A stretch of 64,000 bases of DNA from Thermoproteota archaeon (GTDB taxonomy: Archaea; Thermoproteota; Thermoprotei_A; Sulfolobales; Ignisphaeraceae), in the NCBI GenBank assembly GCA_030550585.1, contig JAUQPB010000003.1, positions 68,333-132,332 of the forward strand, given 5' to 3'. The notes beneath the pieces were generated by a model, which had not been told where the DNA came from, made no database searches, and saw only the letters and a program-made list of their open reading frames with translations. Position numbers and translations under genes: made by a program. This document shows, in pieces, positions 61,440-64,000 of the stretch (within the stretch, counting starts at the first letter, position 1; every line of letters starts with the position of its first letter).

Positions 61440-61490
61440 TGACTGTTTTAGTCCGCTCTGAGGGTGTGATGATGTCGGCACCCACTGACA
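61434..61490 (+). ncRNA. C/D-box guide sRNA overlapping the lhr stop and antisense to the ferredoxin 3' end
   Basis: All four boxes are perfect: C ATGATGA 61436, D' CTGA 61458, C' GTGATGA 61466, D CTGA 61485. Confidence 0.88.
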
Positions 61491-61670
61491 GTCTATAGCA
61501 CCATATGGACACACTGTTGTACAGACTCCACAACCCTTGCACTTGGCATAGTCTATCTTTACGAAGTTGTCAGGGCCAACATAGAACACATTATAAGGGC
61601 ACTTAGAAATGCATGATAAGCACTGATTGCATATCGCATTGTCTATAACGGGTTTGCAATGCCATCCCAT
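61434..61670 (-). CDS. 2x[4Fe-4S] ferredoxin (PorD-like)
   Basis: CNQCLSC...CP and CKGCGVC...CP motifs; start MGWHCKP. Confidence 0.88.
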   Translation of the reverse strand: MGWHCKPVIDNAICNQCLSCISKCPYNVFYVGPDNFVKIDYAKCKGCGVCTTVCPYGAIDCQWVPTSSHPQSGLKQSS

Positions 61671-61785
61671 TCGAAGATTGTATAAAACATATGATAACAA
61701 GACTCTTACACCTTATCCACATGGAATATGCATAGCATGATACATATACAGCTCATAAAGGTTTATATTATTTTAATTATTACCT

Positions 61786-63177
61786 ATGGTAGGAGGCTTT
61801 ATGAAGATTAATGAAAATGATGTAGATAAAGCCATATCTTCTTTAACATCGGCATACATGGCTAAGACAAAAAGAAGTAGAGAGCTGTTCGAATATGCGC
61901 AAAGGGTGTTGCCTGGAGGTGCAACATATCATATCAGATACTTTTCTCCTTACCCCCTTTATATGTCGAAGGCTAAGGGCTCGAAGATCTGGGATGTTGA
62001 TGGCAATGAATATGATGATTATTGGATGGGACATGGAGCACATATACTGGGTCACGCCCCCGATTTTGTTGTTGAAGCTGTTAATGAGGTCTCAAGAAGT
62101 GGCACTCACCTGGGTTTTGAAAATGAGTATGCCGTTAGATATGCAGAGCTTCTGACGAGGGTTATACCCAATGCTGAGATGGTGCGTTTTTGCAATAGTG
62201 GCACCGAGGCCAACATGTATGCTGTTAGACTTGCTCGTGCATATACCAAGAGGAGATACATTGTCAAGATAGAAGGTGGATGGCACGGATCTCTTGACCA
62301 GTTACACGTGGCCCTTACACCTCCATTCCATGGTGCAGAGTCTCTAGGTATTCTTGAAGAGTTTATCAAATACACCATTGCCGTTCCATACAATGACTTG
62401 GACAAGCTTGAAAATACACTTAGAAATTTTGATGTGGCTGCAATTCTAATTGAGCCAGTTCCAGGCTCTGGCGGATGCATAGAGCCCGAGCCAAACTATT
62501 TGAAGGAGGTTAGAAGACTTGCAGATGCCTATGGAGCGTTACTAATATTTGATGAAGTTATAACCGGTTTTAGACTTGCTTTGGGAGGAGCCCAAGAGTA
62601 TTTCAATGTAAAAGCTGATTTAGTTGTTTTGGGAAAGATCGTCGGCGGTGGATACCCTGGGGCAGGCGCTTTTGCAGGGCCTAGCGAATATATGGAGCTA
62701 TTGAATCATCTGAAATATCCAAATCCCCGTCAGAGGGTTTTCCATGGAGGTACATTCACAGGTAATACAATCTCTATGGTCGCAGGCTATACAACCATTA
62801 AATACCTATACGAGAACAGGCACCTATATGATGAATTCAATTATAGATGGAGTTCAACAGCCAAAAAACTCGACGAAGTTTGTCAAGAGTTCAACAGAAT
62901 TTGTTGGATAACTTCCGTAGGAAGCATGATTGGCATACACTTCACATCGAGTAAACCACGAAACATTGCTGAGGCATATATGAATAGATTAAGTGAAAAA
63001 ATATACAAAGCGCTGCATATGTACATGATAGTCAATGGCATTGTGTATATGACTGCTAACATGCCTCATTTAATGCCATCAATTGTCCACACAGAAGAAC
63101 AGGCTAAAAGACTTGTAGCAACATTTACACAATTTCTATCATATATAACGAATTATGTAAAGATGTCAACTTCATAA
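61786..63177 (+). CDS. Glutamate-1-semialdehyde aminomutase-like class III aminotransferase
   Basis: ILGHA, NSGTEA, FDEVITGFR, GKIVGGG.P and HGGTF.GN motifs; not in a hem cluster. Confidence 0.85.
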   Translation: MVGGFMKINENDVDKAISSLTSAYMAKTKRSRELFEYAQRVLPGGATYHIRYFSPYPLYMSKAKGSKIWDVDGNEYDDYWMGHGAHILGHAPDFVVEAVNEVSRSGTHLGFENEYAVRYAELLTRVIPNAEMVRFCNSGTEANMYAVRLARAYTKRRYIVKIEGGWHGSLDQLHVALTPPFHGAESLGILEEFIKYTIAVPYNDLDKLENTLRNFDVAAILIEPVPGSGGCIEPEPNYLKEVRRLADAYGALLIFDEVITGFRLALGGAQEYFNVKADLVVLGKIVGGGYPGAGAFAGPSEYMELLNHLKYPNPRQRVFHGGTFTGNTISMVAGYTTIKYLYENRHLYDEFNYRWSSTAKKLDEVCQEFNRICWITSVGSMIGIHFTSSKPRNIAEAYMNRLSEKIYKALHMYMIVNGIVYMTANMPHLMPSIVHTEEQAKRLVATFTQFLSYITNYVKMSTS

Positions 63178-63219
63178 ACATATTTGATCATTTGCTATAA
63201 TATTGCCACAACATTTAGG

Positions 63220-63307
63220 TGGTGCGGGGGGTGGGATTTGAACCCACGCAGGCCTACGCCATCGGGGCCTAAGCCCGACCCCTTTGACCTGGCTCGGGCA
63301 CCCCCGC
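63220..63307 (-). tRNA. tRNA-Leu(UAG), intronless, CCA encoded
   Basis: TCGGG-CTTAGGC-CCCGA anticodon arm. Confidence 0.97.
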
Positions 63308-63374
63308 ACAAATCTCAGTATACTTTCTAAACAGTGTTTGAGGTTAATAATTTTTGTTGTGTATCACACAAATG

Positions 63375-63692
63375 CTATGATTCCATCAATTGAAATTCTA
63401 TGATATATACTACCGGATCTGAATAAACTCTTTTACTGCCATATATTTTTGCAAGAGCCTTCAACAGCTCTTCTCTGGTGTTGAATCCATCAGCCTTTAT
63501 TTCGTCATCTGAAAGCTCGCTCAATTTTTTCTTCTGAACCTTCTTAACAATAGCCTTTCCTATTCTCACATGACCAACATAAACCTCTACAATTTCATTT
63601 TCTCTCAAATCGGTTGACAATCTTATTGTTGTTCTCTTTTCACCTGAAAGTATCTTTCCAGCATAATCAAGTTTGAATACAAGTTTCTTCAT
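63375..63692 (-). CDS. ASCH-domain protein
   Basis: ILSGEKRTTIR, ADGF and VYIIEF motifs. Confidence 0.9.
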   Translation of the reverse strand: MKKLVFKLDYAGKILSGEKRTTIRLSTDLRENEIVEVYVGHVRIGKAIVKKVQKKKLSELSDDEIKADGFNTREELLKALAKIYGSKRVYSDPVVYIIEFQLMES

Positions 63693-63720
63693 CTCTATTC
63701 ACATTGCTGCACTTCAAAAA

Positions 63721-63999
63721 CTATTCTTCAGAAACCTCTTCACCTATTTCCTCAGGCAATTTGACTATCAAAAAGCCTTCTCGAAGTATTTTAACAAGAT
63801 CTCTCCTTGTTATTTCCTCAACCACTTCTCTAAACCCATCGAGTGGATTCTCAGATCTTATCTTCACATCAAGCTTCTTAGCAAGGTTCTTAACAGCCGT
63901 TAAACATCTTTCTCTTGCAATGCATACATCACATCTGCAGTACTCTCCTTTGACAAATGCAAACCCTATGGTTTCATCAACAAATCCCCCCTTATTAGG
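63721..63999 (-). CDS. C-terminal part of a Cys-motif protein (start lies beyond the window)
   Basis: Hand translation gives ...FVKGEYCRCDVCIARERCLTAVKNLAKKLDVKIRSENP...EEVSEE*. Confidence 0.7.
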   Translation of the reverse strand, partial: PNKGGFVDETIGFAFVKGEYCRCDVCIARERCLTAVKNLAKKLDVKIRSENPLDGFREVVEEITRRDLVKILREGFLIVKLPEEIGEEVSEE

Positions 64000-64000
64000 A

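Noticed and set aside
36498-63307. Near-identical 88-bp direct repeat that could be attL/attR of a 27-kb element
   Set aside because: Both copies are complete tRNA-Leu isoacceptors (CAG and UAG) and the DNA between them is housekeeping genes.

Overview
This is a gene-dense, AT-rich chromosomal window from a thermophilic crenarchaeon. Gene content (ThermoDBP-RP, aKMT, CdvB-like ESCRT-III, FAU-1, Nep1) and archaeal tRNAs suggest Desulfurococcales, Ignisphaera-like; this is inference. Bases 1-12 kb hold a cobamide (B12) uptake and salvage operon: btuFCD, cobT, cbiZ-cobZ fusion, cobY, cobD, cobS and cbiB. It continues into three unexpected genes: a SerK/SbnI-like ParB-fold kinase, a DUF71/Dph6-like PP-loop ligase and an asparagine-synthetase-like PP-loop enzyme. 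A signal-less BtuF paralogue and a radical SAM gene are transcribed divergently from it. Bases 12-18.4 kb are an accessory region downstream of tRNA-Arg. It contains an archaeal ATPase with a perfect operator-like palindrome, a C/D sRNA with an internal duplication, and a five-gene secreted-protein/ABC-exporter cassette. The rest is core housekeeping DNA. The window has four tRNAs (Arg-UCU, Leu-UAA, Leu-CAG, Leu-UAG) and five readable C/D-box guide sRNAs that the ORF track misses. I found no CRISPR array, rRNA, integrase or intact transposase. All calls rest on motif recognition by eye; no searches were run.
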